Below, one piece after another: positions 37,913-48,052 of a stretch of DNA of 64,000 nucleotides. Numbering within the stretch: position 1 is the first letter of the stretch; each line of letters opens with the position of its first letter. The notes below the pieces were generated by a model, which had not been told where the DNA came from, made no database searches, and saw nothing but the letters and a program-made list of their open reading frames with translations. This stretch comes from Candidatus Ozemobacteraceae bacterium. GTDB lineage: Bacteria; Muiribacteriota; Ozemobacteria; Ozemobacterales; Ozemobacteraceae. Both the position numbers and the translations under genes were made by a program. The DNA lies in NCBI GenBank assembly GCA_965140445.1, contig OZ223236.1, positions 2,336,001 to 2,400,000 of the forward strand, given 5' to 3'.

Positions 37913-39100
37913 ATGAAAGGTCATTCTGAAGTTAAGTTTGATACAGCTTGTATTCACGCAGGACAGTCCCCTGATGGTTTATTTGGAGGGGTGAGCGTCC
38001 CAATATTTCAATCTTCTACATTTGCATTTGAAGATGCAGATCAAGGCGCAGCACGGTTTTCTGGTAAAGATTCTGGATACAAATATACTAGAATAGGGAA
38101 CCCGACTACGGCGGCCCTGGAAGCCTGCATTTCAGAATTAGAGGGCGGGAAGTTTGGTCTTGCTACAGCCACTGGAATGTCTGCGATTTCTACTGTTTTC
38201 ATGACTTTTCTTGGTGCTGGGAAACATGCTATTTCAACCGGGTCTGTTTATGGTCCAACTAGAACTCTGCTAGAAAAAGAATTAACCAGATTTGGTGTTG
38301 AATCAACCTTTATTGACAGTTCGGACCCTGAAAATATCAGAAAGGCTCTAAAACCAAATACAACATTGGTTTATCTTGAGACTCCTGCCAATCCAACTCT
38401 TAGTATTTCAGATATTGAAGCTTGTGCTAAAATCACTCACGAAGCTGGTGCACTTCTCGTTGTTGATAATACTTTCTGCAGTCCTCTTTTGCAAAAGCCA
38501 TTGGAACTGGGTGCTGATATAGTTTTGCATAGTATGACCAAGTTTATTAATGGACACAGCGATGTTGTTGCGGGAATGCTGGTTACTAAAGAAGCAGAGC
38601 ACATGACAAAAATGCGTGGAGTGCTTTGTCAGATGGGTGGAACAATTGATCCTCATCAGGCCTGGCTTGTTATTCGTGGTGTTAAAACACTTTCTATGAG
38701 AGTTAAAACAGCACAAGAATCATCAATTAAGATTGCTCAAGAATTGGAAAAACACCCTAAAGTTGAATGGGTAAAGTATCCTGGCTTACCTTCTCACCCA
38801 CAGTATGAATTAGCTAAAAAACAAATGAAAGGCCCTGGGGCTATGATTTCATTTGAAGTAAAGGGCGGAGTTGCTGCAGGTAAAAAAGTTATGGATTCAG
38901 TTGGACTTTGCACTTTAGCTGTTTCACTTGGCGGTATCGAAACTTTGATTCAGCACCCTGCAAGCATGACTCATGCAAGCATGGGAGCCGAAGCACGTAA
39001 AGCTGCCGGAATTACTGATGGGCTAGTAAGACTTTCTGTAGGCTGTGAAGATTATGAAGATTTAAAAGCAGATCTTTTTCAAGCTCTTGATAAAGCATAG
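37913..39100 (+). CDS. megL: Methionine gamma-lyase (Cys/Met metabolism PLP enzyme)
   Basis: PIFQSSTF, YTRIGNPT, ETPANP, DNTF, HSMTKFINGHSDV, AVSLG, HPASMTH. ATG 37913 with AAGGAG RBS. Exact specificity within the family is not certain. Confidence 0.8.
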   Translation: MKGHSEVKFDTACIHAGQSPDGLFGGVSVPIFQSSTFAFEDADQGAARFSGKDSGYKYTRIGNPTTAALEACISELEGGKFGLATATGMSAISTVFMTFLGAGKHAISTGSVYGPTRTLLEKELTRFGVESTFIDSSDPENIRKALKPNTTLVYLETPANPTLSISDIEACAKITHEAGALLVVDNTFCSPLLQKPLELGADIVLHSMTKFINGHSDVVAGMLVTKEAEHMTKMRGVLCQMGGTIDPHQAWLVIRGVKTLSMRVKTAQESSIKIAQELEKHPKVEWVKYPGLPSHPQYELAKKQMKGPGAMISFEVKGGVAAGKKVMDSVGLCTLAVSLGGIETLIQHPASMTHASMGAEARKAAGITDGLVRLSVGCEDYEDLKADLFQALDKA

Positions 39101-39138
39101 ATAATTGTAATTTCTTTCTAAAATAAGCAAATTTTCAC

Positions 39139-39170
39139 AAGAAGCCCCTCTTTTGGAGAGGGGCTTCTTT
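39139..39170 (+). terminator. Intrinsic terminator
   Basis: AAGAAGCCCCTCT...AGAGGGGCTTCTTT hairpin. Confidence 0.75.
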
Positions 39171-39233
39171 CGCGCTTTAAGATGTGAGAAAAATTTTTTT
39201 TGCATAAACATTGTGAAATTAAGTTCAAATTGC

Positions 39234-39262
39234 TTGAAATTACTTGAATAGTTCTCTATAAT
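39234..39262 (+). promoter_or_regulatory. sigma70 promoter of hydCBA
   Basis: TTGAAA-17 nt-TATAAT. Confidence 0.7.
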
Positions 39263-39264
39263 GC

Positions 39265-39282
39265 TTGTGACAAACGTCACAA
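39265..39282. promoter_or_regulatory. Rex-like operator
   Basis: Perfect palindrome TTGTGAC-AAAC-GTCACAA (consensus TTGTGAA-N4-TTCACAA) immediately after the -10 box. Confidence 0.7.
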
Positions 39283-39339
39283 AAGCTCAAAAGAGCAAAA
39301 AGAAAAAAATGCCTAACGGCAATTGAAGGAGTGTACACT

Positions 39340-39858
39340 ATGCAAAGCGATTGCAACTCCAAGGCCGAACTGGGACAGCAATACCCAGAAAAAGCCAAGG
39401 AGCTGAACAACTACCTGGACAGTCTTCCTTTAACAAGCGATAAAGAAAAGAATCGCGGTTACCTTATTCAGTCTCTGCATAAGGCTCAAGAAATTTTCAC
39501 TTATCTGCCCAGTTGTGTTCAGATTCATGTAGCTAACAAACTTGGACTTCATCTCGCCGAGGTTTACGGTGTAATTAGTTTTTACTCTTTTTTCACCGAC
39601 AAACCAGTAGGTAAATTCAAAATCAACATCTGTACAGGAACTGCTTGTTTCGTAAGAGGTGCAGATAAGCTTGTAAGCGAATTTTCCAGATATTTAAATA
39701 TCAAAATGGGTGAAACTTCTGAAGACGGAAAGTTTTCTCTGAACGGCCTTCGTTGCGTAGGTGCGTGCTCAATGGCTCCGGTTGTTATGGTTAACGACAA
39801 AGTTTATGGCAATGTCACAACCAAAATGGTTCCGGAAATCATAAGCGAATGCAAGTAA
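39340..39858 (+). CDS. hydC: [FeFe]-hydrogenase [2Fe-2S] subunit (HydC/NuoE-like)
   Basis: VYGVISFYSFF, CTGTAC, CVGACSMAP. ATG 39340 preferred on RBS spacing. Confidence 0.93.
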   Translation: MQSDCNSKAELGQQYPEKAKELNNYLDSLPLTSDKEKNRGYLIQSLHKAQEIFTYLPSCVQIHVANKLGLHLAEVYGVISFYSFFTDKPVGKFKINICTGTACFVRGADKLVSEFSRYLNIKMGETSEDGKFSLNGLRCVGACSMAPVVMVNDKVYGNVTTKMVPEIISECK

Positions 39859-39870
39859 GAGGGAATAAAT

Positions 39871-41718
39871 ATGATTAATAGTGCAGAAAAACTTACATCT
39901 TACAGAGAAGAGTTACTCGCTGGTCCTCAAAAAGAGGCTGGAAAAAGAATATTGGTGTCACTTGGTACATGCGGTATTGCTGCTGGTACAAAGCCAATAA
40001 ATGAAAGCTTAAAAGAAGAAGCCCAAAAGCGCTCAGCTGAAAATCTTTCAATTGTTGAAGTTGGTTGTATGGGACTTTGCCATAGTGAGCCAACTATCGA
40101 AGTAATAGATTACGACAATAACACCAGAACAATTTACGGTCATGTAAAAGTTGAACAAGCGCCTTCAATCATTGAAGCATGTCTTGATGGTAAAGAAGCT
40201 GTTGGTTGTGAAATTGTTGATAGAAATTGGTATTGCCCGGAAGATGGCGATTCTGCTGAAGGAAAAATTCAAGCAAGAATCGTTTTAAGAAATTCTGGGG
40301 TAATTAATCCTGAAAACCTTGATCATTATATTGCCAGAAATGGTTATGAAGCACTTGCTAAAGTTTTAACAAAAATGACTTCTCAGGAAGTTATTGATGA
40401 AGTTATAGCTTCTGGTCTTCGTGGTCGTGGTGGTGGTGGATTCCCAACCGGAAAAAAATGGGGATTTGCAGCAGCTCAAAAAGCAGAACAGAAATATGTA
40501 GTATGTAATGCTGACGAAGGTGATCCAGGAGCTTTCATGGATCGCGCCGTCCTGGAAGGAGATCCGCATTCAGTTCTTGAAGCTATGGCTATCACTGGAT
40601 ATGCAATAGGTTCTGATACTGGTATTATCTATATTCGTGCTGAATATCCTTTGGCAATTAAGAGACTTGAAATTGCTATTGGTCAGGCCAAAGAAAAAGG
40701 TCTTCTTGGCAAAAACATTTTTGGAACTGACTTCTCATTTGATATTGATATTAAATTTGGCGCGGGCGCATTTGTATGTGGAGAAGAGACCGCACTGATT
40801 CATTCAATTGAAGGAATGCGCGGAGAACCTACTTTCAAACCACCATTCCCAGCTGTTGAAGGACTTTGGAAAAAGCCTACAATCGTAAACAATGTTGAAA
40901 CTTTTGCAAATGTTTGCGCAATTTTGAGAAAAGGTGCTTCCTGGTTCAAGCAGATCGGAACTGAAGGTTCTCCAGGAACTAAGGTTTTCGCTCTTGCCGG
41001 AAAAATCAAAAAAGTTGGTCTGGTTGAAGTTCCAATGGGAACTACTCTCAGAGAAATGATTTTCAACGTTGGCGCTGGAATCATGAATGATAAGAAATTC
41101 AAGGCAGTTCAAACTGGCGGACCATCAGGTGGATGTATTAAATTCGACCAGCTTGATACAGCTATTGATTATGAATCACTTAAAAGATTAGGTTCTATGA
41201 TGGGTTCAGGCGGAATGATCGTAATGGATGAAGATGACTGCATGGTTAATGTGGCCAAATTCTTCCTCGAATTCACTCTTGATGAATCATGTGGAAAATG
41301 TACTCCTTGCCGAATCGGTAACAAGAGACTTTTCGAAATGCTTACTAAGATTTGTGATGGAAGAGGATCAATGCAATTGATCGAAGATCTCAAAGATCTT
41401 AGCCAGACTATTAAAGATACTGCTCTTTGTGGGCTTGGTCAGACATCACCTAATCCTGTTCTTTCAACTCTGGCTCAGTTTGAAGATGAGTATATGGCTC
41501 ATGTAACTGACAAAAAGTGTCCAGCTGGTGTTTGTTCAAAACTCATTAAATATGAAATTAATGATAATTGTGTTGGTTGTACTCTTTGTGCAAGAAATTG
41601 CCCGGTTAATTGTATCAGCGGCGAATTAAAATCAAAACACCAGATTGATCAGAGCAAGTGTATCAAATGCGGAGTTTGTTTTGAAACATGCAAATTCCAC
41701 GCAATTGAACGCAACTAA
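39871..41718 (+). CDS. hydB: [FeFe]-hydrogenase flavin subunit (HydB/NuoF-like), electron-bifurcating type
   Basis: N-terminal thioredoxin-like domain, GRGGGGFPTG, NADEGDPGAFMD, CGEET, GGPSGG, ESCGKCTPCR and C-terminal 2x[4Fe-4S]. Confidence 0.95.
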   Translation: MINSAEKLTSYREELLAGPQKEAGKRILVSLGTCGIAAGTKPINESLKEEAQKRSAENLSIVEVGCMGLCHSEPTIEVIDYDNNTRTIYGHVKVEQAPSIIEACLDGKEAVGCEIVDRNWYCPEDGDSAEGKIQARIVLRNSGVINPENLDHYIARNGYEALAKVLTKMTSQEVIDEVIASGLRGRGGGGFPTGKKWGFAAAQKAEQKYVVCNADEGDPGAFMDRAVLEGDPHSVLEAMAITGYAIGSDTGIIYIRAEYPLAIKRLEIAIGQAKEKGLLGKNIFGTDFSFDIDIKFGAGAFVCGEETALIHSIEGMRGEPTFKPPFPAVEGLWKKPTIVNNVETFANVCAILRKGASWFKQIGTEGSPGTKVFALAGKIKKVGLVEVPMGTTLREMIFNVGAGIMNDKKFKAVQTGGPSGGCIKFDQLDTAIDYESLKRLGSMMGSGGMIVMDEDDCMVNVAKFFLEFTLDESCGKCTPCRIGNKRLFEMLTKICDGRGSMQLIEDLKDLSQTIKDTALCGLGQTSPNPVLSTLAQFEDEYMAHVTDKKCPAGVCSKLIKYEINDNCVGCTLCARNCPVNCISGELKSKHQIDQSKCIKCGVCFETCKFHAIERN

Positions 41719-41759
41719 TAGTCTATCAGATTATTAGGAACTGAATAGGAGAATTAAAA

Positions 41760-43496
41760 ATGGTAAAGCTTACAATAAATAATATGCCTGTTGAAGTTGA
41801 AGAGAATGCAACAATACTTCAGGCTGCTCATAAACTTGGAATCGATATTCCTACTCTCTGCCATAGATCCATAGAATGCTTTGACATCGAATCACGAACT
41901 GGTTCATGCCGCGTTTGTGTTGTAGAAGTTGAAGGCAGACATAATCTAGCTCCTTCTTGCTGCACTCCTGTTATGGAAGGCATGAAAGTTGTTACTCATT
42001 CTATGAGAGTAATCAATGCAAGAAGAACCATGCTTGATCTGATTCTTTCTGATCATCCAAAAGATTGTTTGACCTGTGAAAAGAATGGAAGCTGTATGCT
42101 CCAGGATCTTGCGGCAAAACTTGGTTTGCACCGAATTAAATATACTGGTCAGATGTCAAAATACAAAATCGATTTGGCAAACGAATCAATCGTTCGCGAT
42201 CTTGATAAATGTATTATGTGCCGCAGATGTGAAAATGCATGTAACGAAGTTCAGACTGTTGGAGTTTTGTCTGGTATTGGTCGCGGATTTGAAGCCGTGG
42301 TTGGACCAGCTGATCTCAGACCTTTATCTGAATCTAAATGTGTTTTCTGTGGCCAGTGTGTTACAGCCTGTCCGGTTGGAGCTTTGACTGAGCAGAATAA
42401 AACTTATGATGTATGGAAAGCAATCAACGATAAGTCTAAAACCGTTGTTGTTCAGACTGCACCTGCAGTAAGAGTGGCAATTGGCGAAGAATTTGGCATG
42501 GCTCCTGGTTCTATTGCAACAGGAAAAATGGTTACAGCTCTCAAAATGATGGGATTTGATAAAGTATTTGATACTGATTTTTCTGCTGATTTAACCATTA
42601 TGGAAGAAACTACAGAATTTGTTGCTCGTCTTACTAAAGGTGAGAATCTTCCAATTCTAACTTCATGTTGCCCTGGTTGGGTTAAGTTCTTTGAACATCA
42701 GTTCCAGGATCTTCTCCACATTCCATCTTCCTGTAAATCTCCACAGCAGATGTTTGGCGCTATTGCAAAAACTTATTATGCTGAAAAAATCGGCGTAAAA
42801 CCAGAAGATATGATCGTTGTTTCCGTAATGCCTTGTCTTGCTAAGAAATACGAAGCAGCAAGGGATGAATTTGCTGCTAGCGGCGCCAGAGATGTCGATC
42901 TTGTTATCTCTACCAGAGAACTTGCAGACATGATCAAAGAAGCAGGTATCGTTTTTGATTCACTCGATGAAGCTGAATATGATAACCCACTTGGAGAATC
43001 AACTGGTGCGGCAGTAATCTTTGGCGCAACTGGTGGTGTTCTTGAAGCAGCTCTTAGAACTGCAGCTGATTGGGTAACTGGTCAGGATCTGAAAGATATC
43101 GATTTTACAGCTGTTCGTGGTCTTAAAGGAATAAAAGAAGCAACTGTAAAAGTTGGTGACCTGGAAATTAATGCCGCAATCGCATCTGGTCTTGGAAATG
43201 CAAGAAAGCTTCTTGAAAAGATCAGATCAGGCGAAGCTAATTATCACATCATTGAAGTCATGGCATGTCCAGGCGGATGTTTAAATGGTGGTGGTCAGCC
43301 TTATGTTAAGTGTAATACCGACACCCTTCAGAAGCGTTTTGAAGCCATTTATACTGATGATAAAAATGCTAAGATCAGAAAATCTCATGAAAATCCAAGC
43401 ATTAAGAAATTATATGCTGAATTTCTGGGAGAACCTGGTAGCCATAAAGCTCATGAGCTTTTGCATACCAAATACACTGAAAGAGAAAACATCTAG
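41760..43496 (+). CDS. hydA: [FeFe]-hydrogenase catalytic subunit (group A3)
   Basis: TSCCPGW, MPCLAKKYE, EVMACPGGCLNGGGQP with N-terminal FeS domains. Confidence 0.96.
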   Translation: MVKLTINNMPVEVEENATILQAAHKLGIDIPTLCHRSIECFDIESRTGSCRVCVVEVEGRHNLAPSCCTPVMEGMKVVTHSMRVINARRTMLDLILSDHPKDCLTCEKNGSCMLQDLAAKLGLHRIKYTGQMSKYKIDLANESIVRDLDKCIMCRRCENACNEVQTVGVLSGIGRGFEAVVGPADLRPLSESKCVFCGQCVTACPVGALTEQNKTYDVWKAINDKSKTVVVQTAPAVRVAIGEEFGMAPGSIATGKMVTALKMMGFDKVFDTDFSADLTIMEETTEFVARLTKGENLPILTSCCPGWVKFFEHQFQDLLHIPSSCKSPQQMFGAIAKTYYAEKIGVKPEDMIVVSVMPCLAKKYEAARDEFAASGARDVDLVISTRELADMIKEAGIVFDSLDEAEYDNPLGESTGAAVIFGATGGVLEAALRTAADWVTGQDLKDIDFTAVRGLKGIKEATVKVGDLEINAAIASGLGNARKLLEKIRSGEANYHIIEVMACPGGCLNGGGQPYVKCNTDTLQKRFEAIYTDDKNAKIRKSHENPSIKKLYAEFLGEPGSHKAHELLHTKYTERENI

Positions 43497-43517
43497 TTTC
43501 TTTTAAAGTTATAAACT

Positions 43518-43558
43518 AAAATCCCCGCTCACAAAATGGTGTGAGCGGGGATTTTTTT
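43518..43558 (+). terminator. Intrinsic terminator of hydCBA
   Basis: ATCCCCGCTCAC/GTGAGCGGGGAT followed by a T-tract. Confidence 0.85.
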
Positions 43559-43642
43559 ATGCCTCAGAAATCAGTTTTATCAGATAGCTCTTTTATGAAG
43601 GTAAATTTTACATTATGAAATAAGGAGGAGTTAATTTTCCAT

Positions 43643-43681
43643 AAAAAAAGTGGCCTGCATTTCTGCAAGCCACTTTTTTTT
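43643..43681 (-). terminator. Intrinsic terminator of pilC (bidirectional form)
   Basis: A-tract, GTGGCCTGCA/TGCAAGCCAC, T-tract. Confidence 0.8.
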
Positions 43682-43695
43682 GTGAGTCTGTTAAA

Positions 43696-44901
43696 TCAGC
43701 TGGCGTTAACTAGTTTAAGCATAGGCATGAAAACCGCGAGAACAATACCCCCGATGATTACACCCATGAACACGATAACGATCGGCTCGATGATTGAAGT
43801 TAGACCTTTAACTGCCGTATCTACTTCTGAATCATAAAAGTCAGCAATTTTTGATAACATCTTATCAAGTTCACCCGTTTCTTCTCCAACCGCGATCATC
43901 TGAACAACCATCGGTGGGAAAACGCCTGAAGCTTTCAATGGATCGGCGATAGATTCACCTTCACGAATTGAAATACGGGTTTTATCAACCGCTTCCGCGA
44001 TAACAACGTTACCAGCTGTCTGGGCTGTAACTTCAAGTGCCTGAAGAATAGGAACACCAGAAGCAATAAGAGTTCCAAGAGTTCTGGTAAATTTGGCAAC
44101 CGCAACCTTTCTCATCATCATACCAATAGCTGGCATACGAAGAATGTTGGTGTCAAAAATTCGGGCGCCAGTTTTGGTCTGGAAAAAGTTCCATACCAGA
44201 ATTGGGACTGCGAACATACCAGGAATAATGATAAACCACCAGTTAAGCATGAAATCCGAGGTTGCAAGAAGAGCCTTTGTTGCAAATGGCAATTCAACGT
44301 TCATACCCATGAAGATTTCTTTGAACTGAGGAAGAACGAACATAACAAGAGCAACAACAACAAGTCCGGCGATACCAAAAACAACAACCGGATATGTCAA
44401 AGCGCCTTTAACTTTTGATTTAAGGCTTTCTGAGCTTTCAAGGTAATCTGCAAGTCTTTCAAGAATTGAATCAAGAATACCACCGACTTCGCCGGCCTTG
44501 ACCAAACTACAGAAAAGATCAGAAAAAACTTTTGGATGTTTTTCCAGAGATTTTGAAAATGTCGAACCGCCTTCAACATCAGTTCTGATTTGAGAAATGA
44601 TTTTTTTGAAGGTTGGGTTATCGGCCTGAGCCTGAAGGATTGTCAGACACCTTACAAGAGGAACGCCTGAACCAATCATTGTCGCAAACTGTCTTGCGAA
44701 GATACATACTTCGGTTGAAGAAACACCACGTTGTAAAAAGGTGAGCTGAATGCCTCCGCCGCCTTTTTTCTCGTTTATACTGGTTACGAAGTAGCCTTTC
44801 TCACGCAACTTGGCAATACAAACTTCTTTGCTATCGCCTTCCATTTCGGAAGAAACTATCTTTCCGTCCCAGTTCCTTGCCTTGTAACTAAAGGTAGGCA
44901 T
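43696..44901 (-). CDS. pilC: Type IV pilus/T2SS inner-membrane platform protein PilC/GspF
   Basis: FARQFATMIGSGVPL, AGEVGG.LD, ALTYP, VGEETGELD, EPIVIV. Confidence 0.95.
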   Translation of the reverse strand: MPTFSYKARNWDGKIVSSEMEGDSKEVCIAKLREKGYFVTSINEKKGGGGIQLTFLQRGVSSTEVCIFARQFATMIGSGVPLVRCLTILQAQADNPTFKKIISQIRTDVEGGSTFSKSLEKHPKVFSDLFCSLVKAGEVGGILDSILERLADYLESSESLKSKVKGALTYPVVVFGIAGLVVVALVMFVLPQFKEIFMGMNVELPFATKALLATSDFMLNWWFIIIPGMFAVPILVWNFFQTKTGARIFDTNILRMPAIGMMMRKVAVAKFTRTLGTLIASGVPILQALEVTAQTAGNVVIAEAVDKTRISIREGESIADPLKASGVFPPMVVQMIAVGEETGELDKMLSKIADFYDSEVDTAVKGLTSIIEPIVIVFMGVIIGGIVLAVFMPMLKLVNAS

Positions 44902-45083
44902 AAATCACCCTCCTTGTGGATGTCGATGATATTAAAAATCTTAGTTAAACTATTTAATGAGTTAGAACAAAAACTATATCATACTTTAAGTATAAAACGA
45001 ATCGGTAAATACCAGCAAATTTTTAATGGAAAATATAGACTAAGTTTCTGGACAGACAAAAAGCTTTAAGGTAGCATTGAGGC

Positions 45084-47225
45084 ATGAAAACATTGGTCGT
45101 TGCAGAAAAACCCTCTGTAGGAAAGGATATTGCTCGTATCCTGAAAGCTAATCAGAGAGGAAAAGGCTTTCTTGAGGGTAAAGATTATATTATTACCTGG
45201 GGTTTTGGGCACCTCGTTTCATTAGCTCATCCCGAAATGCAGAACCCTGCATGGAAAAGATGGACGTTAGAAAGCCTTCCCATGTTGCCAAAAGACTGGA
45301 AGCTAACGGTTCTTCCTTCATCAAAAGAGCAGTTTCAAGTTGTTGCCGAGCTAATGATGCGTCCCGATGTTGGAAGCCTTATAAATGCAGCCGATGCTGG
45401 CCGCGAAGGTGAATTAATTTTCCGTTTAATGTACATTCATGCAGGATGTAATAAACCCTTTAAGAGGCTTTGGATCTCTAGTATGACAGACGAGGCCATT
45501 GAGGCAGGTTTTGCGGATTTACGACCTGGGGAAAAATACGACCCTCTTGCAGCTGCCGCCGTTTGCAGGAGTCGTGCTGACTGGTTGGTTGGAATGAACC
45601 TTACCAGAGGATATACTAAAAAGTTTAATAATATGCTGACAGTTGGACGTGTTCAAACTCCAACTCTGGCAATGCTTGTCGGGCGGCATTTGGAAATTGA
45701 GAACTTTGTCGCAAAAGATTATTATGAGATCCAGGCGGATTTTGGCGATTTTAAAGGCACATGGTTTGATCCTAAAGCAGATGAATACCCATTTAGGATT
45801 GATGATCTTGAAAAAGCAACAGCCCTCGCAGATTCTTTCAAGGGTTTAACTGCCAAAGTTAAATCCGCCAAGAAAACCAAGAAAAAACAGGCTCCGCCTT
45901 TTTTGTATGATTTAACAACTTTACAACGTGATGCCAACAGCCGGTATGGGATGACCGCCGCTGATACTTTATCTGTATTACAGGGATTATATGAGAAGAG
46001 AAAGGTTCTTACCTACCCGAGAACGGATAGCAGATACCTGTCGGATGATATTTTTCCAACAATTCCCAGAAGATTGGCAGCGATTCCTGGAGAATATGAT
46101 TGTTTCCTTGAGCATTTAAGGCAGAACAAGCCCAAGAAAGACAAAAGAATTTTTAATGACAAGAAAGTTTCTGACCACCATGCAATTATTCCTACAGAAA
46201 AAAACGTTGTGGATACCAATGGCTGGAGACCTTCAGAGATAAATATTTATGATCTTGTAGTTCGAAGATTTTTGGCGGTTTTCTACCCTGATCACCAATA
46301 TCTTTCTACAACGCTGATTATGGAAGCTGATAAAAATCAGTTTAAAACTACAGGTAAGGTTGTTACCGATGAAGGTTGGCGTGTGATCTACGCTCGTAAA
46401 TCTTCTTCTGGAAAGGCGTCGCAAACTGACGGTGAAAGTTCGGATTCTGGCCAGGACGACGATAATGATCAAACCCTTCCAGAACTCAAAAAGGGAGATT
46501 CAAGAGAGATATTAAACTCAGAACTCCTTTCAAAGAAAACTAAACCCCCATCTGCATATACTGAATCTACTCTCCTTCAAGCCATGGAAACAGCAGGAAA
46601 GCTGGTTGATGATGAAGAACTCAGGGATGCCATGAAAGACAGCGGTCTTGGCACACCGGCCACCAGAGCAGAGATTATTGAAAAACTTATCAGAGTTGGC
46701 TATATGAATCGCGATAAGAAGAAATTAATACCAACTCCAAAGGGTATTCAATTGATTTCACTGGTTGGACCTGAAATCAAAAGTGCTGAATTAACAGGAC
46801 AATGGGAAAAAAGACTGTCTGATATAGCTAAAAGTGCAGACAGTGATGTTAATTTTATGCAGGACATTTCAGAGTTTGTTTCCAAGGCAGTTTTGTCCAT
46901 CAAATCAGGAAGATACGGACAGGTAAATCGCGCAAAACTTAAGACGCCAAGGCCTACTTTTGGCAAATGCCCTGCTTGTGGCCTCGGAGAAATAATTGAA
47001 GGGCAGCGCGGTTTTGGATGCAACAGATTTAAAGAAGGCTGTAGCTATGTTGTCTGGAAAGAATTTTTTGGTAAAAAGCTTAGCCAGGCAAACATTGATG
47101 GGCTGATTGCAGGAAAACCAACCAAATCATTAAAGGGTTTTGTTCTTGACGATGGCTCCAAAGTTTCTGGAGTCATAAGAATGAAGGAAGACAAGACGGG
47201 TATAGAACTTATCGTTGACGAGTAA
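45084..47225 (+). CDS. topB: DNA topoisomerase III
   Basis: VVAEKPSV, DAGREGELI, VGRVQTPTL, TYPRTDS, GLGTPATRA and C-terminal zinc ribbon. Confidence 0.93.
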   Translation: MKTLVVAEKPSVGKDIARILKANQRGKGFLEGKDYIITWGFGHLVSLAHPEMQNPAWKRWTLESLPMLPKDWKLTVLPSSKEQFQVVAELMMRPDVGSLINAADAGREGELIFRLMYIHAGCNKPFKRLWISSMTDEAIEAGFADLRPGEKYDPLAAAAVCRSRADWLVGMNLTRGYTKKFNNMLTVGRVQTPTLAMLVGRHLEIENFVAKDYYEIQADFGDFKGTWFDPKADEYPFRIDDLEKATALADSFKGLTAKVKSAKKTKKKQAPPFLYDLTTLQRDANSRYGMTAADTLSVLQGLYEKRKVLTYPRTDSRYLSDDIFPTIPRRLAAIPGEYDCFLEHLRQNKPKKDKRIFNDKKVSDHHAIIPTEKNVVDTNGWRPSEINIYDLVVRRFLAVFYPDHQYLSTTLIMEADKNQFKTTGKVVTDEGWRVIYARKSSSGKASQTDGESSDSGQDDDNDQTLPELKKGDSREILNSELLSKKTKPPSAYTESTLLQAMETAGKLVDDEELRDAMKDSGLGTPATRAEIIEKLIRVGYMNRDKKKLIPTPKGIQLISLVGPEIKSAELTGQWEKRLSDIAKSADSDVNFMQDISEFVSKAVLSIKSGRYGQVNRAKLKTPRPTFGKCPACGLGEIIEGQRGFGCNRFKEGCSYVVWKEFFGKKLSQANIDGLIAGKPTKSLKGFVLDDGSKVSGVIRMKEDKTGIELIVDE

Positions 47226-47236
47226 AATACCTGCCC

Positions 47237-48028
47237 TTATTTGAACAGGGTTCCCGCGAAATGAATCTCACCCTTTTCGAAGGTAAGTGCATCAATTGAT
47301 GAGGAAAAGTCTGCTCCGGCAAAATCCCATAATGGGTTTAACCAGCCATGAAGCTGTTGTCTCAGGCTATCAGTGATGGGTTGGCCATTTAGTTGTCCGT
47401 CTAAAATTTCAATTGTTAAACTTTCTGAAGAAGCCTGCACTTTAACATTTACATTGAAAGGCGCGGGGGCAGGGGATAAAAATGCCATGAAGTTGCCAGG
47501 AATTTTGTCTAATTTAACTTTGCCCTGAATGTTGGACGAGTTTTTATCTATTTGAATTTTTACATCTGAAAAAATCCGATATTCCGGCCTTAATCTTGTA
47601 ATTTCTCTATCAATTAATTTTTGAATCTCTGTTTGAGTTATAAAACCAGAAGCTTCAAGCCAGAAGCTTTCTTTATAATTAAAGAATGAGAGCTGATTTT
47701 GGATAGATTTTTTTATTGTTCTTTCATTCAAATTGTGAATAGAAACATTACATTTGGCAATTTCAAAATTTTCAAAGGTTTTGCCGTCAAGTGTAACATC
47801 TAAAGGATTCAATTTTTCTTTGTTTACTAAGTGGAGGAGCTGTGAAAGAACTTTTCTGATGATTTTTCGAGTATGTTTTAGTCTTCTGGGACTCATTTCT
47901 AATGCTGAAGATGGTAAAGTGCAAAAAAGGGAAAGAGCCAAAAAAACTAAGAGCGGTTTGGTAAAGCGTTTCAAAATAAACCCCGCATAATAAATTTGTT
48001 TACTAAGTATACCTGACTTTACACGCAA
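47237..48028 (-). CDS. Hypothetical exported protein
   Basis: Signal-like segment ending PSSA; beta-rich body. Start uncertain. Confidence 0.55.
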   Translation of the reverse strand: MRVKSGILSKQIYYAGFILKRFTKPLLVFLALSLFCTLPSSALEMSPRRLKHTRKIIRKVLSQLLHLVNKEKLNPLDVTLDGKTFENFEIAKCNVSIHNLNERTIKKSIQNQLSFFNYKESFWLEASGFITQTEIQKLIDREITRLRPEYRIFSDVKIQIDKNSSNIQGKVKLDKIPGNFMAFLSPAPAPFNVNVKVQASSESLTIEILDGQLNGQPITDSLRQQLHGWLNPLWDFAGADFSSSIDALTFEKGEIHFAGTLFK

Positions 48029-48052
48029 AGCAAAATAAAGTAAGCTTTCCCA

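Noticed and set aside
43621..43632. Strong SD-like TAAGGAGGAG between two terminators
   Set aside because: No start codon at usable spacing and no convincing promoter; cannot support a gene or sRNA.
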